Shown: one piece after another, positions 1 to 10,907 of the stretch
Layout of the letters: the number at the start of each line of letters is the position of its first letter
How positions within the stretch are numbered: the first letter of the stretch is position 1
Virus record (IMG/VR): IMGVR_UViG_3300013137_001132
Coordinates: 650 to 64,649 of that record
Direction: 5' to 3' (one strand)
Source of the DNA: a virus
Lineage: Duplodnaviria; Caudoviricetes
Length of the DNA stretch: 64,000 nt
Position numbers and translations under genes: made by a program
Notes under the pieces: generated by a model
The model's database searches: none
Seen by the model: the letters and a program-made list of their open reading frames with translations, nothing else
What the model was told of the DNA's origin: nothing

Positions 1-579
1 CGTGGATAGGTGCTTCAGGTAGGCATAGATGCTGCGCGTCCCCGCCGCCGCCTTCAACTGCCGGCCCCACGCCCCCTGCGAGAACGCATACACGCCGCCC
101 GCGCCGGCCTGGTATTGCAGGTCGGTCGTGATGGGCATGACGCCCAGCACCTTCAGTTGGTCAGCCGCCGCCAGCGCGAACGCGCCGTTATCCGCAATGG
201 GCGTCGCAAGGTCGGCGTTGAAGAACCACAGTTCGAAGGCGATGGCCGAGGTCATACCAATCAGCGTCAACGAGTTCAGGATGCTTTCTTTGCCGTTGTC
301 CCGCACCGCGAGAGGGAACGTAATCAACCCGCCGACGACATCCTGCGCGGTGTACGCGCCGTTGGTCACGGTCAGCGTCGCCTGAACGCTCAGGCCGTCG
401 CCAATGACTGATGCCGGCTGGTCGCTCGCCAACACGAAGCTCGTGCTCTCGGCGGCCGTCTTCTGGCCGAGCGAGGCGGGGAGTTGAGCGGCGGAAACGC
501 TCTCTGCATACGTGGCAGTCCCACCGATCGCGGCTGCCTTATAAGGAATGCCCTGCTTCCATCTAATCTTGTCGGTCAT
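1..579 (-). CDS. Virion/tail-associated protein, partial (runs off the left edge)
   Basis: ATG at 579 just after the stop of 589..5010; my translation is open to position 1 (MTDKIRWKQG...TRSIYAYLKHLST); not in the ORF track. Confidence 0.65.
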   Translation of the reverse strand, partial: MTDKIRWKQGIPYKAAAIGGTATYAESVSAAQLPASLGQKTAAESTSFVLASDQPASVIGDGLSVQATLTVTNGAYTAQDVVGGLITFPLAVRDNGKESILNSLTLIGMTSAIAFELWFFNADLATPIADNGAFALAAADQLKVLGVMPITTDLQYQAGAGGVYAFSQGAWGRQLKAAAGTRSIYAYLKHLST

Positions 580-588
580 CTCGATCTC

Positions 589-3500
589 CTATGGGGTTGC
601 TGTGGGAGTGGGCGTCATGTTCCCAACTCCGAAACTAGGCCATGCCCACCACTGAGGCGTAGCGGTCATGTCTCCATCCGGCCGTCTCTGATATGTGTAT
701 TCTGGCGTGGCCCCCGGAATGTACAGCGAGTCCATGAGCACGCCGCTTCTATTGTACAGGCTGATATAAGCCGTGTTGCTAATGTCATTCCTGAAGGCGT
801 AGTAGGGCCAAATGATTACAAAGTCGTTACCGCCCACATTGACGCCAGACGGGATGTAGTAGGTGTACGTGTGGGTGTTCGTCACGGTATCGCCCACATT
901 GGTAAGCTTGACGTAGTACCGATAGAAACCCATCGTCCCGCCGTCTTTGTTGTAAATCTCGATCCACTGGTCGTGGGTGTCGATGGCCCCATCCCCATTC
1001 CAGTCTACCAACATCGGGAGCATCATCACTTCGTTGAGAACGAAGTTGTAGTATGGTGTCTCAGTCGGCGTACGCGTGGGACTGGGGGTGTACGTTGACG
1101 TTGGGGTGCGCGTCTGCGTTGCCGTCGATGCAGGGGGAACCGTATTCGTACTCGTGGGCGTCGCGGAACCAGTCGGCGTCTTGGTTGGCGTGATCGTCCG
1201 CGTATTCGTAGGCGTCCATGTAGGCGTCCGCGTGAACGTCGATGTATTTGTCGGCGTCGCCGTCGGTGGCGTTGGGGTAGCCGTCGGCGTCGGCGTGTTG
1301 TTGGTGAACGTGATTACGGATGTCACGTCTGATGCAAAGCAGTTGTCGCACGCCCACAGACCCAGGGTGTGTGTCAATGTGATCGGGCCGTATGGCAATG
1401 CCGGGTCAATCTCACCGATAGCATAAACCGTCTGTGTCGTCTCAGTCAGCGCCCCAGAGACCGGGAAGACATAGATAGCACCCGACTCGTATGTTGGCAC
1501 TGGCGTCCCCGCCACAGGCGTCATTTGCGCTGCAAACTGACTATAGGGATATAGGTTCAGCGCGGTGTCATTCTCGGCCGAATAGGAAAGCGTGTACGTG
1601 ATGTACCCCCCCGGCGCCGGCGTCCCGCCTGTGTCGGCCGTGATTGCCAGGTGGACAAGCGGGGTGGGCGTTGGCGTCAATGTGGGCGTCGAGGTGGGCG
1701 TCTCGGTCGGCGTTGGGGTCAGCGTGAATGTCGGCGTCGCGGTCGCGAGTTGCAGTACCAGATAGGGCGCAGATTTGGTCGCCCCGGCCACCGGCGTAAT
1801 GGTCGCGTCTTCGACTGAGCCAAACCTGTCATCGGAATCGTTCGTGTCAGTTCGGTCGAGGATGAGGCCGTTGTTTGTGCCAGCCACCTGCGTCTGGATG
1901 GCCGGTTTCACATCCCACGTCAGCCACGTGCCGACCGTAGATGCCGAAATGGCAACCGGTGTGCCGTAGACCTCAGAAGAGGTGTCCACGTCGCGATTTA
2001 GCCCACCAGCAATCGACCACGCCGATGCCGCAGCGTAATTATTCCACGTCACATTGGCGTCGGCCGACATTGCCTGCAACACGCGTCGGATAACCGCTGT
2101 GCCCGTAATCAATACCCCGTTGTGGTAGTACTGATAGATGTATAGCGTCGCGCCGGCGATACTGGCGTTAGGATAGGCCGACAGGTTGAATTTCAGGATC
2201 GTCTCACGCTGGATAGCGCCCGACGCGACTTGCAGGGCTAGATAGCCGCTGGTCTCGTAGTTCGTAATCGGGTTGCCCGCGTCGATACGGGTATCATAGG
2301 TGTCTGTGATGCTCACCGTAACGTAGGTTGGCGTGCTCGTCGCCGCCGGCGTGTTCGTGGCTGTTGGCGTCCAGGTCGCATTCGCTACGCTCAGGTATGC
2401 GCCATACCCCGGCGTCGATTCGATGCTCCTGAAGCGATAGATCGCCGTCGGCGTCCTCTGGTCGGCGCGCACCACCAACCCATAGTTGTTGGCCGAGCCG
2501 TTCGCCCAGGTCTTCACCAAATCCGTCACGTCCCAGGAAGTCCAACTGGGGGTCGAGGAGAGCGACAGTCCGCTTTTCACTTGCGCGCAGTCGTTCACCC
2601 CCACGCACCCGGCTATGTCCCAGGCGCTGCCCGTCGCGTACTGATTCCAGGTCATCTGCGCCAGGTTGCCGGCTTTCTTGACGCGTGCAATGCTTACACC
2701 TACTGCCGGCGTCCCCGCTGGCGCCGTCGTGTTGTACATATACATATGCAAACTAGCCGAGTAGATCGTCGTGTTGGTGATGCCCGTCAGTGGGAACAGC
2801 AGCACTGGTTTGCGGTTGCGTACGCTGTCGAAGTCCACTTCCAGCAACGCGCCCTGTGGCGTCGCCGCGGCCGCCGCGTTCAGGAATGTATCCGCCGTCG
2901 CTACCACCGTGAGTATTGGGAACGTGCCTGTTGGTGCCGGCGTGTTCGTCACCGTCGGCCCGCCGCCTGTAGCCGTTGCCGTGGCTGTAGGCGTGTGCGT
3001 GCTCGTCGAGGTAGGCGTGTGCGTGTACGTTGGCCCGCCCGTTGTGACCGTGGGCGTCGGCGTCGGCGCGCGATAGGTGACAATCAGTTGCGGCCACACA
3101 TGGTAATCCGCCTGCTCTTTCGTAGCCAGGTGCACCGTCTGTGAGATGGCCGAATACCCGATCAGTTCGACGCCGGCCTGTGTCGTGCTGCCATTCAGCC
3201 ATGAAACGACCAGACTCGTCACATCGACCGTGTACGTGCCGGCCGCCTCGATGTTCATGGCTCCCCAGGGAATCTCGCCATAGTCGCCCCCCGCGGTGGC
3301 CCAGTAGTTTATACCATCGTACTTGTTCCACGTGACGCCCATCTCCGTCCAGGCGGGATTCGTCAGCGCGTAGATCGACACGTTGAACTGAGTGGCCGGC
3401 ACGCTATTGTCGGTCGCGTAGACTTGCAGCGTGGCGTTACTGATCGACGCGTAGGCCGGGATGCCACTCAGGTCGAAATTGATGACGCCGCGCCGGATGT

Positions 3501-5010
3501 TGGTCTCCTCCAGCGTCATCTGCGACTGTGCGCCGCTATTGAAGTTCGGCCCCACGCCCGTGATATAGGCATCGGCACTGGCGATGATCGCCTGCTGTAC
3601 CGTGCCGCCGCCCACCGGCGTCGCGCTGGGTGTCCAGGTGCGCGTTGCCGTTGGCCCACCCGATGTGGCGGTCGCCGTGCGGGTGCGCGTGGGCGTGTTC
3701 GTGTAGGTGGGTGTCGAGGTCGGCCCGCCCGGCGTATTCGTCGGCGTGCGCGTGAACGTGGGCACGGGCGTGCCAATCACCGGCGTTGGAATGGCTTTGT
3801 AGAGATTGTAGTTTGCCTGTAAGGTTGGCACAAACCACGATAGGTAAGCCTGCGCGTCCGGCTGCATGGACGATGTTACACAGGCCGCTGAGGTACGATA
3901 CTGCGCAGCCTGCTGAAACTCGTAGATGTCCGGCGCGGCATTATGCCCATTCTCCCACAGAATGCGTGTCTGATCGTCATAACGGTCGAAAAGAGTGTAG
4001 TATCCCTGGCAGTTGCCACGATCATCACCCCAGCAATTCTTTTTCAACCAGAAGGCTTTCCCATACTTTGCCAGGGCGTACTGTGTGGGGCGCTCCGAGA
4101 CGCCACCTCGCAAAGGGTTGGTAAAGTTGACATCAAAGCAGCCCGGATGTCCCGCAGCATTGTTCAGGCCAGACCCTACCTGCAAGATAAGTGGCGTGGC
4201 GATGAAGTGCGACCGGTATAGGTCTGTTATCTGCTTAACCTGCTCCGAGATGTAATAGCACGATTTCTCGTTCCACGCGTAGCCGTCAGTGTCTGTGTAT
4301 GGCTGTGTCAGACTACCCAGTGTGACGCCCTTGCCGGAGGCGATCATAGGGCGCACGTCAGTTTTGCCCTCTTCACAACCCTCGGTCTGACACCAGTTAA
4401 GTTCACCATAGTCGCCAATGCTCAGGTGAATTGCCACAACGCCTGGGTTGTTGTCATACCGTTCTGCCATCTCCGCGATCAGTTCATCCCAATACTCCAT
4501 GAACAACGGAGAGAAAATGTTCACGCGCCCGTTGGGATACGCGGAGGAACCCGTATATCCCGCTGCGTCGAATGCTTGGATTGTCCATTGAGGGATAACT
4601 TGATTGCTGTTAGGCTCGCTATGCGTAACCTGAAGAATAACCTTATTCGACGCGTTTGTTTTAGCCACCGCTGCGTCGAGGGCGTTCCAATTGTACACGC
4701 CGCGCTGTGGCTCTATTTCGCTCCAATAGACATTAGGATACCCCCAGGTCGTATTGTATAAGCCAGGCGAAAAGGCTTGACACATTCCCCAATACCCAGG
4801 GTTGCTGGGCTGTTTGAACGGCACCCGCGTCGCCGTTTGCGCCGGCAGCAACTGCGGCCCCTGAATCGTCGGCGGGATCGTCGGCTTTACGATGGGTGCC
4901 GGACGCGTCAACTGGCTGAGCAGCACGATGCCACCGGCCAGCAGCGCCAGGAAGACGATTGCAAGGACTACGCGTACGCGAGGTCGTGCCATGTTACTCC
5001 ATCGCTCCAT
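589..5010 (-). CDS. 1473-aa multidomain surface-type protein: N-terminal TM/signal, glycoside-hydrolase-like barrel (GH42/GH-A-like), three DNRLRE/CBM96-like domains, lamin-tail domain, Thr/Pro linkers
   Basis: Hydrophobic N-terminus; WSEIEPQRGVYNWNALD; ADAYI/ADTFL/YDTRI followed by FDLS/FPLT/FNLS; C-terminal VLNEVM...DWNGDG...QWIEIYN; many TPT runs. Confidence 0.7.
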   Translation of the reverse strand: MERWSNMARPRVRVVLAIVFLALLAGGIVLLSQLTRPAPIVKPTIPPTIQGPQLLPAQTATRVPFKQPSNPGYWGMCQAFSPGLYNTTWGYPNVYWSEIEPQRGVYNWNALDAAVAKTNASNKVILQVTHSEPNSNQVIPQWTIQAFDAAGYTGSSAYPNGRVNIFSPLFMEYWDELIAEMAERYDNNPGVVAIHLSIGDYGELNWCQTEGCEEGKTDVRPMIASGKGVTLGSLTQPYTDTDGYAWNEKSCYYISEQVKQITDLYRSHFIATPLILQVGSGLNNAAGHPGCFDVNFTNPLRGGVSERPTQYALAKYGKAFWLKKNCWGDDRGNCQGYYTLFDRYDDQTRILWENGHNAAPDIYEFQQAAQYRTSAACVTSSMQPDAQAYLSWFVPTLQANYNLYKAIPTPVIGTPVPTFTRTPTNTPGGPTSTPTYTNTPTRTRTATATSGGPTATRTWTPSATPVGGGTVQQAIIASADAYITGVGPNFNSGAQSQMTLEETNIRRGVINFDLSGIPAYASISNATLQVYATDNSVPATQFNVSIYALTNPAWTEMGVTWNKYDGINYWATAGGDYGEIPWGAMNIEAAGTYTVDVTSLVVSWLNGSTTQAGVELIGYSAISQTVHLATKEQADYHVWPQLIVTYRAPTPTPTVTTGGPTYTHTPTSTSTHTPTATATATGGGPTVTNTPAPTGTFPILTVVATADTFLNAAAAATPQGALLEVDFDSVRNRKPVLLFPLTGITNTTIYSASLHMYMYNTTAPAGTPAVGVSIARVKKAGNLAQMTWNQYATGSAWDIAGCVGVNDCAQVKSGLSLSSTPSWTSWDVTDLVKTWANGSANNYGLVVRADQRTPTAIYRFRSIESTPGYGAYLSVANATWTPTATNTPAATSTPTYVTVSITDTYDTRIDAGNPITNYETSGYLALQVASGAIQRETILKFNLSAYPNASIAGATLYIYQYYHNGVLITGTAVIRRVLQAMSADANVTWNNYAAASAWSIAGGLNRDVDTSSEVYGTPVAISASTVGTWLTWDVKPAIQTQVAGTNNGLILDRTDTNDSDDRFGSVEDATITPVAGATKSAPYLVLQLATATPTFTLTPTPTETPTSTPTLTPTPTPLVHLAITADTGGTPAPGGYITYTLSYSAENDTALNLYPYSQFAAQMTPVAGTPVPTYESGAIYVFPVSGALTETTQTVYAIGEIDPALPYGPITLTHTLGLWACDNCFASDVTSVITFTNNTPTPTATPTPPTATPTNTSTFTRTPTWTPTNTRTITPTKTPTGSATPTSTNTVPPASTATQTRTPTSTYTPSPTRTPTETPYYNFVLNEVMMLPMLVDWNGDGAIDTHDQWIEIYNKDGGTMGFYRYYVKLTNVGDTVTNTHTYTYYIPSGVNVGGNDFVIIWPYYAFRNDISNTAYISLYNRSGVLMDSLYIPGATPEYTYQRRPDGDMTATPQWWAWPSFGVGNMTPTPTATP

Positions 5011-6128
5011 CGCGGCTTGCCCGTCTCCGGGTCTGGCCGCAAACGAAAGACATTAATTTCTGGCGTTGTCTCTCCGGGCAACCCACGATCTACGTTCCCG
5101 TCCGTGAAGACTTTCCAACAGATGTCACCGCCATAGAAGTTGAACCCATCCAGGCCGACGCCCAACATGGGGTAGGGCGTACTCGATGTGTACGGCCCGA
5201 TGCGTACCTCATCGCCCCACAGGTCGAAGTCGGTATCCGCGTTACCCAGTGTCCGGCTCCCGATATTCAACCAGTATTCATTCGCCAGGGAAGACATGCT
5301 AATGCGAGAGGGAGATAGACTTATCGTCTCATCGCGGGTATACGATGCGATTTCCAAGTCGGCTGCTTCCGTGTCTGCGTTGGCCGACCGCAACAAAACG
5401 TGTCCGTAGTGCGTGTGGTACAACGCCACTTCCTGCACCGCGGCGCTCTCAAGGTATGACTGCATTCGCAACGGCGTGTAGTATTGATTCGGGGGGTCAT
5501 TGTAGAGAGACGTGTAGTCTGCCTCATACGGACTCATCAGGCGTAATGCGCCCGCCCCGATGTACACGCCATCCTCGTAGTCACCGGCGGTCTTGATCGA
5601 GTATAAGTTGCCCTCATGAACGCGCCACCGCTCAACCGGATTGGAGCCAGACCACTCGCCGCCAGCAAAGTCAGCGGCAAGGCGAAAGCCGGTGGTCGTC
5701 TCGAAGTAGTCATTACTCAGAAACGCGGTGGCGAAGTCATCCAGCGCCAACCGATCAGCGGGAATACTGTCTACCTGATTACAGCGCCCGTTGACCGCCG
5801 CGTTACCCGTATCCTTGTCATACCAGATTTGCCAGTGGTCGGCCAGGCCAAGCACCCAGTAGTCCGTAGAGTATGTCGTGCGCCAGAAAGGGCGGTTTTG
5901 CTCGTCGAATGTGGCGAACCCGTCCGTATCACCATCGCCAAACTCGACGTGCCGCTGAAGCAGTTGCCCAAACACGCCCCCGCCACTCTCGACTGAGCCA
6001 ATATCCTTAGAAATCTCAGACAGTTCGGAGATGTTCGTATGCTTGGCGCGCCATCTCGGATGCCCCCCAGAGAGGGCATCGGCGAAGTATTGCTCTAGGG
6101 TTGCAAGGCGCTGTTCTACGGTTGGCAT
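4968..6128 (-). CDS. Putative tail/virion protein
   Basis: 386-aa ORF packed in the structural operon. Confidence 0.55.
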   Translation of the reverse strand: MPTVEQRLATLEQYFADALSGGHPRWRAKHTNISELSEISKDIGSVESGGGVFGQLLQRHVEFGDGDTDGFATFDEQNRPFWRTTYSTDYWVLGLADHWQIWYDKDTGNAAVNGRCNQVDSIPADRLALDDFATAFLSNDYFETTTGFRLAADFAGGEWSGSNPVERWRVHEGNLYSIKTAGDYEDGVYIGAGALRLMSPYEADYTSLYNDPPNQYYTPLRMQSYLESAAVQEVALYHTHYGHVLLRSANADTEAADLEIASYTRDETISLSPSRISMSSLANEYWLNIGSRTLGNADTDFDLWGDEVRIGPYTSSTPYPMLGVGLDGFNFYGGDICWKVFTDGNVDRGLPGETTPEINVFRLRPDPETGKPRWSDGVTWHDLAYA

Positions 6129-6133
6129 TTATA

Positions 6134-6778
6134 TCACAAAAAGTAGCCGACAACATAGATGTAGACAGTCAGCCCACCAAGCACGCCAGAGCCGGCAATG
6201 CTATAGTACGATGTTCCAGCGGCAGAGATCGGAACAACTCCGCGGTGCTCGACGTAATTCCCCCAACCGGGTTCTGGATACGCCTGCGCGGGGCCATAGA
6301 CATTGAATGTCCAGATAGAGCCAGTAGACTTCGCCTTCATGCGAAAGAGAGCAGACTGACTACGCGTGCTCTGGTTCCCGTCCTGGATGATTACACACAG
6401 ATCAACCGCGCGCGCAATCGCCGGAACGCTGAAAGTAGAGTTCCAGTTGATAGTTCCAGCGCCGTCCGCTGCCTCCATAGGTGCCCAAGTCGCTGCCCAC
6501 CGCGGGTCAAAGTCCCCATCTCCATCCACATCACAGCGTACATACCCATCAATGGCCGTAGTGCCCTTGATGAAATCATCATCCGTGCCCAGGGTAATGT
6601 CTCCCGCGCACACGATAGACGTGGGCGTGATCGCGCCGTGGGTGCCGTCAGCGTCATGCTCTACTGCCAGGGCGGTATCAATCTCCTGAATGCAGGCATT
6701 CATCTGCGTGGCCCAGCCCGGCCCGTCGTCGTTTACAGAGGGACGAGTAAAAGCGAAGGTCGTCGTATCCGTGGACAT
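6134..6778 (-). CDS. Putative tail fibre/virion protein
   Basis: RBS GGAGAG; N-terminal WATQMNACIQEIDT..EHDADGTH and C-terminal VVGYF resemble phage fibre proteins. Confidence 0.55.
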   Translation of the reverse strand: MSTDTTTFAFTRPSVNDDGPGWATQMNACIQEIDTALAVEHDADGTHGAITPTSIVCAGDITLGTDDDFIKGTTAIDGYVRCDVDGDGDFDPRWAATWAPMEAADGAGTINWNSTFSVPAIARAVDLCVIIQDGNQSTRSQSALFRMKAKSTGSIWTFNVYGPAQAYPEPGWGNYVEHRGVVPISAAGTSYYSIAGSGVLGGLTVYIYVVGYFL

Positions 6779-6795
6779 AAATATTCTCTCCTAAT

Positions 6796-7302
6796 CTATT
6801 TGAGTTCCCCTAAATATTGCTCACACCAGCGATCAAAGAGTTCCTTGTCATAGCATTCCCAGTCCCAAATGCGCAGCACGGTGTATCCCATACTCTCAAG
6901 GGTTAGCCTTTGATGCGCGTCGCGCGCTTCGGCATCTATTCCGGTATGCCAAAGTACGCCGTCAATCTGTATGATGATCTTGTAGAATGGAAGGATGAAG
7001 TCAGCGACGATGCCACCAAGCTGCTGTCGGCCTCCAAGCATCGAACTCTGGAAGGACATATCGAGTCTTCTGCGTTCTAGTTCCTTGTACATGATGCGTT
7101 CTGGCAGAGAGCCGTAGATGCCCTGAACCGCACGCTGTTCTTGCTCGGACTCCCCGATGATGGGACGGTATACATCAGGCCCGCCCTTCCTGTAGATGGG
7201 GCCGTGTTTCGTCCTCATCGCGGGGAGTTTGAGATAGTCTGCTTTGGGGAAACTCAGGGGCTTCCATTTAGTAGGGAAGCGCGACTTCTTCCTAAGTGTC
7301 AT
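6796..7302 (-). CDS. DUF559/Vsr-like PD-(D/E)XK nuclease
   Basis: ADFILP...IQIDGVLWH...RDAHQRLTLESMGYTVLRIW; likely start MTLRKK overlapping the upstream stop. Confidence 0.75.
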   Translation of the reverse strand: MTLRKKSRFPTKWKPLSFPKADYLKLPAMRTKHGPIYRKGGPDVYRPIIGESEQEQRAVQGIYGSLPERIMYKELERRRLDMSFQSSMLGGRQQLGGIVADFILPFYKIIIQIDGVLWHTGIDAEARDAHQRLTLESMGYTVLRIWDWECYDKELFDRWCEQYLGELK

Positions 7303-9286
7303 CTTCGTCTTCGCTCTCGGCACTGGCGAAGGTGGCCCGGATGATACCCTCAATTTCTTTGGGCATGGAAGAGGAATCAGGAGCCATAGAACGCGGGAGC
7401 CACTCGACCGCTGTGCAATAGCAACTGCGCTCGATTCCCCAACGGTCTTCAAGCGTAACAGGAGACTTGTGATTGCGCGCCCGCTTGAGGAACGTGTAGA
7501 ATTGATAGGACGTATGCTGGTCAAGGCGCTGGTCTAACGTCTTAATCAAGTCTGCCGATATGATGTCCAGCGTGTGCGAGTAGATCGTATCTGGACGTGG
7601 CATGTATTGCAGGATGATGGCTTCCAAGACGGGAGATACATCCTGGTTGTCTGTCTGGAAGTTCAGTCGGAATGAAATGGCCTTGCCCGTAACGTTCGCT
7701 GGGAATGAAATCACGAAGGGAGCGGCATCAGAATACACATCGGCCGTTCCGAGGGCAATCCACCCTCCCCCATCCACTGAATAGTACACATCGACGGTCG
7801 CGTGCGGAGAAGTCGTACCCTTAATTGCTAGTGACGAGAAATGCTTGGTAATGGTAGCCAGTCCGGCGTCGAAACGAGACGTGTATAGATAATGAGGGGT
7901 ATCACCATTCTGCGGTGGGGTATCGGTTGTTTCGTAGAGTTCGTAAGGAAGGTAACTGGTGGTTCTGAGGGGGATGTAGTAGGTTTTGTCGTCGGTTCCG
8001 CCGTATCCATATTTGCCCCACCCGTAGGGTTGTGCGCCATAATTATCCAGCCCAGACGCGAGATTAACTGAAATCCACAGCTTGTCATTGACCGGCGTGT
8101 AGTTCATGCCCGTCACGGTATCGCCAGAATCGCATATCTCTACGAGCTTGTGCCAGGCAACCCCATCGTAGCACAGCAAGACCTCTTTGGAATTGCCGCC
8201 GCCATAGGTGCCCACGCCATAGGGCAATGCACCATAAGCAGAACTGCTTCTACTTTCGTCTGCCACTACATAGAGATATGGGCCAACCGGAGTCAGGAAT
8301 CGGAAGTTACCATGTCTTTCGTAAGGGAATGAATTGCCGTATGTGGACGGCGTGATGTTCTGCACTGAACTTCCCACGCGCTTGTACAACTCATTCTTGA
8401 GCGTGTAGATCAGGGCGTCTTGCCAAACGCACATGCTCTTGAAATTACGCGGGTGCCGTTCACTTTCCTTATTGACGGCTTGATACGAAAGGCTCGCCGT
8501 ATCGTCGTTCGGCATGTACCACAGGCCATCTTCGCGCGCAACCCACGTCGCATTGTTCCACGGGATGATACCCTGGATGGGTATATTACCTGGCCCCACG
8601 CGAATCGCGTCAGGGTCGCCCGTATCGGGATCGCCCCCCTCCATTTCGGTGGCAGGAGTAGCGGAGTAATGCACGTATGGGAGCACATCATCCGTGAACC
8701 AGATGAAACCGCCCGATCTACAGCCCCATTCCAGGTCATTGGCGTTGTCTTGCACGAAATCGTGCCACGTACCGTCATACCACTGGGCACGCCCGTCATC
8801 GAAGGACACATAGAGAAACGTGCCATCTTCTACGCCGTCTCTACAAATGCCCGTGTCCATTCCGGTGCTGAGCCATTTGAGATTGGTCGTATCCCACTTG
8901 TACACTCCATAGACGGTGAGCATGTATACGTCATCGCCGTACTCAATGAACTTGACCGCCTTGTAATTGGTAAGCCCCGTGTCCATCGCAGAGGCATCTA
9001 CCATCTTGGTCATCATCATTACCGCGTGGGGCATACGCGTGTCGATATACTGCCCGGAGAAGGAGTACCCGGTGGGATCGGACAAGTCCTTGAACCCATA
9101 GCCATGCGAGAAGTCGTCTTGCGCCAGCGTCTGATACAGCGTCTGGTCAGACCACTTCATATTGCCAGCCGCGAGTTTGGCAGAGAAGGAGCTGATGTCT
9201 TTCTCGCTAAAGTTTCTGACCATGAGGCCGTAGGTGGTAGTCCCGACAGTCAGGGTAACATGGTGCGTATCTTGGGCAGTAGGCAT
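7292..9286 (-). CDS. Tail tube/head-stabilisation (nozzle-like) beta-rich virion protein
   Basis: 664 aa, beta-propeller-like, follows the adaptor gene as in podoviruses. Confidence 0.55.
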   Translation of the reverse strand: MPTAQDTHHVTLTVGTTTYGLMVRNFSEKDISSFSAKLAAGNMKWSDQTLYQTLAQDDFSHGYGFKDLSDPTGYSFSGQYIDTRMPHAVMMMTKMVDASAMDTGLTNYKAVKFIEYGDDVYMLTVYGVYKWDTTNLKWLSTGMDTGICRDGVEDGTFLYVSFDDGRAQWYDGTWHDFVQDNANDLEWGCRSGGFIWFTDDVLPYVHYSATPATEMEGGDPDTGDPDAIRVGPGNIPIQGIIPWNNATWVAREDGLWYMPNDDTASLSYQAVNKESERHPRNFKSMCVWQDALIYTLKNELYKRVGSSVQNITPSTYGNSFPYERHGNFRFLTPVGPYLYVVADESRSSSAYGALPYGVGTYGGGNSKEVLLCYDGVAWHKLVEICDSGDTVTGMNYTPVNDKLWISVNLASGLDNYGAQPYGWGKYGYGGTDDKTYYIPLRTTSYLPYELYETTDTPPQNGDTPHYLYTSRFDAGLATITKHFSSLAIKGTTSPHATVDVYYSVDGGGWIALGTADVYSDAAPFVISFPANVTGKAISFRLNFQTDNQDVSPVLEAIILQYMPRPDTIYSHTLDIISADLIKTLDQRLDQHTSYQFYTFLKRARNHKSPVTLEDRWGIERSCYCTAVEWLPRSMAPDSSSMPKEIEGIIRATFASAESEDEDDT

Positions 9287-9294
9287 GAGCTATC

Positions 9295-10395
9295 TCACCA
9301 CGGGTTTAGAACATCGCCAGTTAGCGTTGTGGCACCAGACGGGCCACTCGGAACCTCGCACTCAACCCTGATGCTGTTGGCGGGGAAGAGCAGGGCGTGT
9401 TTCTTCATGAAGTCGTCCGCAAGCCCCTGGTATAGCGGGATCAGCGACTTGTCCACGTCAACTTCATTCCCAGGGGCATACTGCATTCGCATCATCTCCA
9501 AGAACGTTGCGGCCTGATAGGTGAGCCACTCGATAGGCACATCGGTCGTAGCCGAGTCAGTGGTCATCACGGCGGGTTCGGCCAGATAGTGGAAGCGCAG
9601 GAACATCCCATCCGTGTAACTGGTCGTCAGATACAGCAAACCCGGAGCGTCCCGCGTGTCAGTCCGAAAAGCATGGATGGCACGGTAATCGCTTACCCGG
9701 TTGTCGGGATTCTTAATCATGTACTCGGAAGTTGAGTCGGGCGCGGTTGTCCACTCGTGGTCATCTAGTATGAGATTGCCGGTAAGCGTTGTGGCCGTAT
9801 TGGACGCAACCACCATGTACTGACCGGCACCAGTCCCGTCGTAGATGACTACGTTCCATCCGGCATACTCATCGGTAGTCCATGACTTCGACGTGTCTAT
9901 CAGCGTGCCGGTCAACGCACCCGCCGCCCCGCCCGTAGCCGTCCCAGTAACGTATTCATCGCAAACCTCTACCCACACGTCAAGTAGCCTGGTCATCGTG
10001 GGCAGGTCGTATTCCAGTTTCTCGGTACAGATTACCGCGACATCGCCCGCGCCGCTGACGCTCTCCGTGAACCACGCCGGGTACGCCGTGCGGATTGCCA
10101 TGTCAATCGCGCGGTGGTAGTCCGATGGACTCCACTTGCTGAATAGCTCATAGGCAGTTCCATTTGGCACGAGCGTGGGGGATGTAGTATCTACGGTAAA
10201 CTCATCGGGGGTGTAATCGCGAATCTGGCGTTCTATATTGTAGACCCACAGCCACGCGCCGTTAAACGCGTCGATTTCTTCTGTACGCGCGGTGTCCCCA
10301 ATCAACGTGTAGCTGGCGGAAGTAACCGTCCCCCTGCGGTTATCTTTCATCATGTCGGCAAGCTGCTGCCTGACCTCGGCGCGCGTATGGCTCAT
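9295..10395 (-). CDS. Head-tail adaptor-like protein
   Basis: MSHTRAEVRQQLAD...YHRAIDMAIR, adaptor-like ends and position. Confidence 0.55.
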   Translation of the reverse strand: MSHTRAEVRQQLADMMKDNRRGTVTSASYTLIGDTARTEEIDAFNGAWLWVYNIERQIRDYTPDEFTVDTTSPTLVPNGTAYELFSKWSPSDYHRAIDMAIRTAYPAWFTESVSGAGDVAVICTEKLEYDLPTMTRLLDVWVEVCDEYVTGTATGGAAGALTGTLIDTSKSWTTDEYAGWNVVIYDGTGAGQYMVVASNTATTLTGNLILDDHEWTTAPDSTSEYMIKNPDNRVSDYRAIHAFRTDTRDAPGLLYLTTSYTDGMFLRFHYLAEPAVMTTDSATTDVPIEWLTYQAATFLEMMRMQYAPGNEVDVDKSLIPLYQGLADDFMKKHALLFPANSIRVECEVPSGPSGATTLTGDVLNPW

Positions 10396-10907
10396 ATTAC
10401 ATCCTTGATAACTGCATTAAGTGCATTGAACGTTTCGTCTCTCGTGCGGTCATTGGAAACCTGCATGGCGCGCGCCGTCATCTCCCTCGCGCGCATCTTA
10501 AGCTTGTTGTCCGCCATAATTAGTTCATAGAACGGAACAGGAATCATGGCCGTCTCACCGGCGGGAATGTAGATACTACACCCATTTAACGCCTTGCTAA
10601 TCGGCTTATCCCCCGCCGTATACGGGACTTTGGGAGCGTTCTTGATAGCGTTCACGGCCTCTTGTTGCTTGGCGGCGCCGTACTGCTCCATAGCCTTTTT
10701 GCGCTCAGCCTCTTGTTCGGGAGTAAGCGGCGCGGATTTCTCCGCTTTCATCGTCTCGATCTGCGCGGCCTGTTGTCTCACGATAGCCGCAAGCTGCGCC
10801 AGTTCTTCACGCCATGCCTGTTCGCCAGACTCGGCGTGCCGCGCCTTGTGAATCTTCATCCCCGCTTCAGTTTTGAACTCGCGTCCGCAAATGTCACACT
10901 TGCTCAT
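10392..10907 (-). CDS. C2H2 zinc-finger-containing protein
   Basis: CDICGREFKTEAGMKIHKARH. Confidence 0.6.
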   Translation of the reverse strand: MSKCDICGREFKTEAGMKIHKARHAESGEQAWREELAQLAAIVRQQAAQIETMKAEKSAPLTPEQEAERKKAMEQYGAAKQQEAVNAIKNAPKVPYTAGDKPISKALNGCSIYIPAGETAMIPVPFYELIMADNKLKMRAREMTARAMQVSNDRTRDETFNALNAVIKDVI

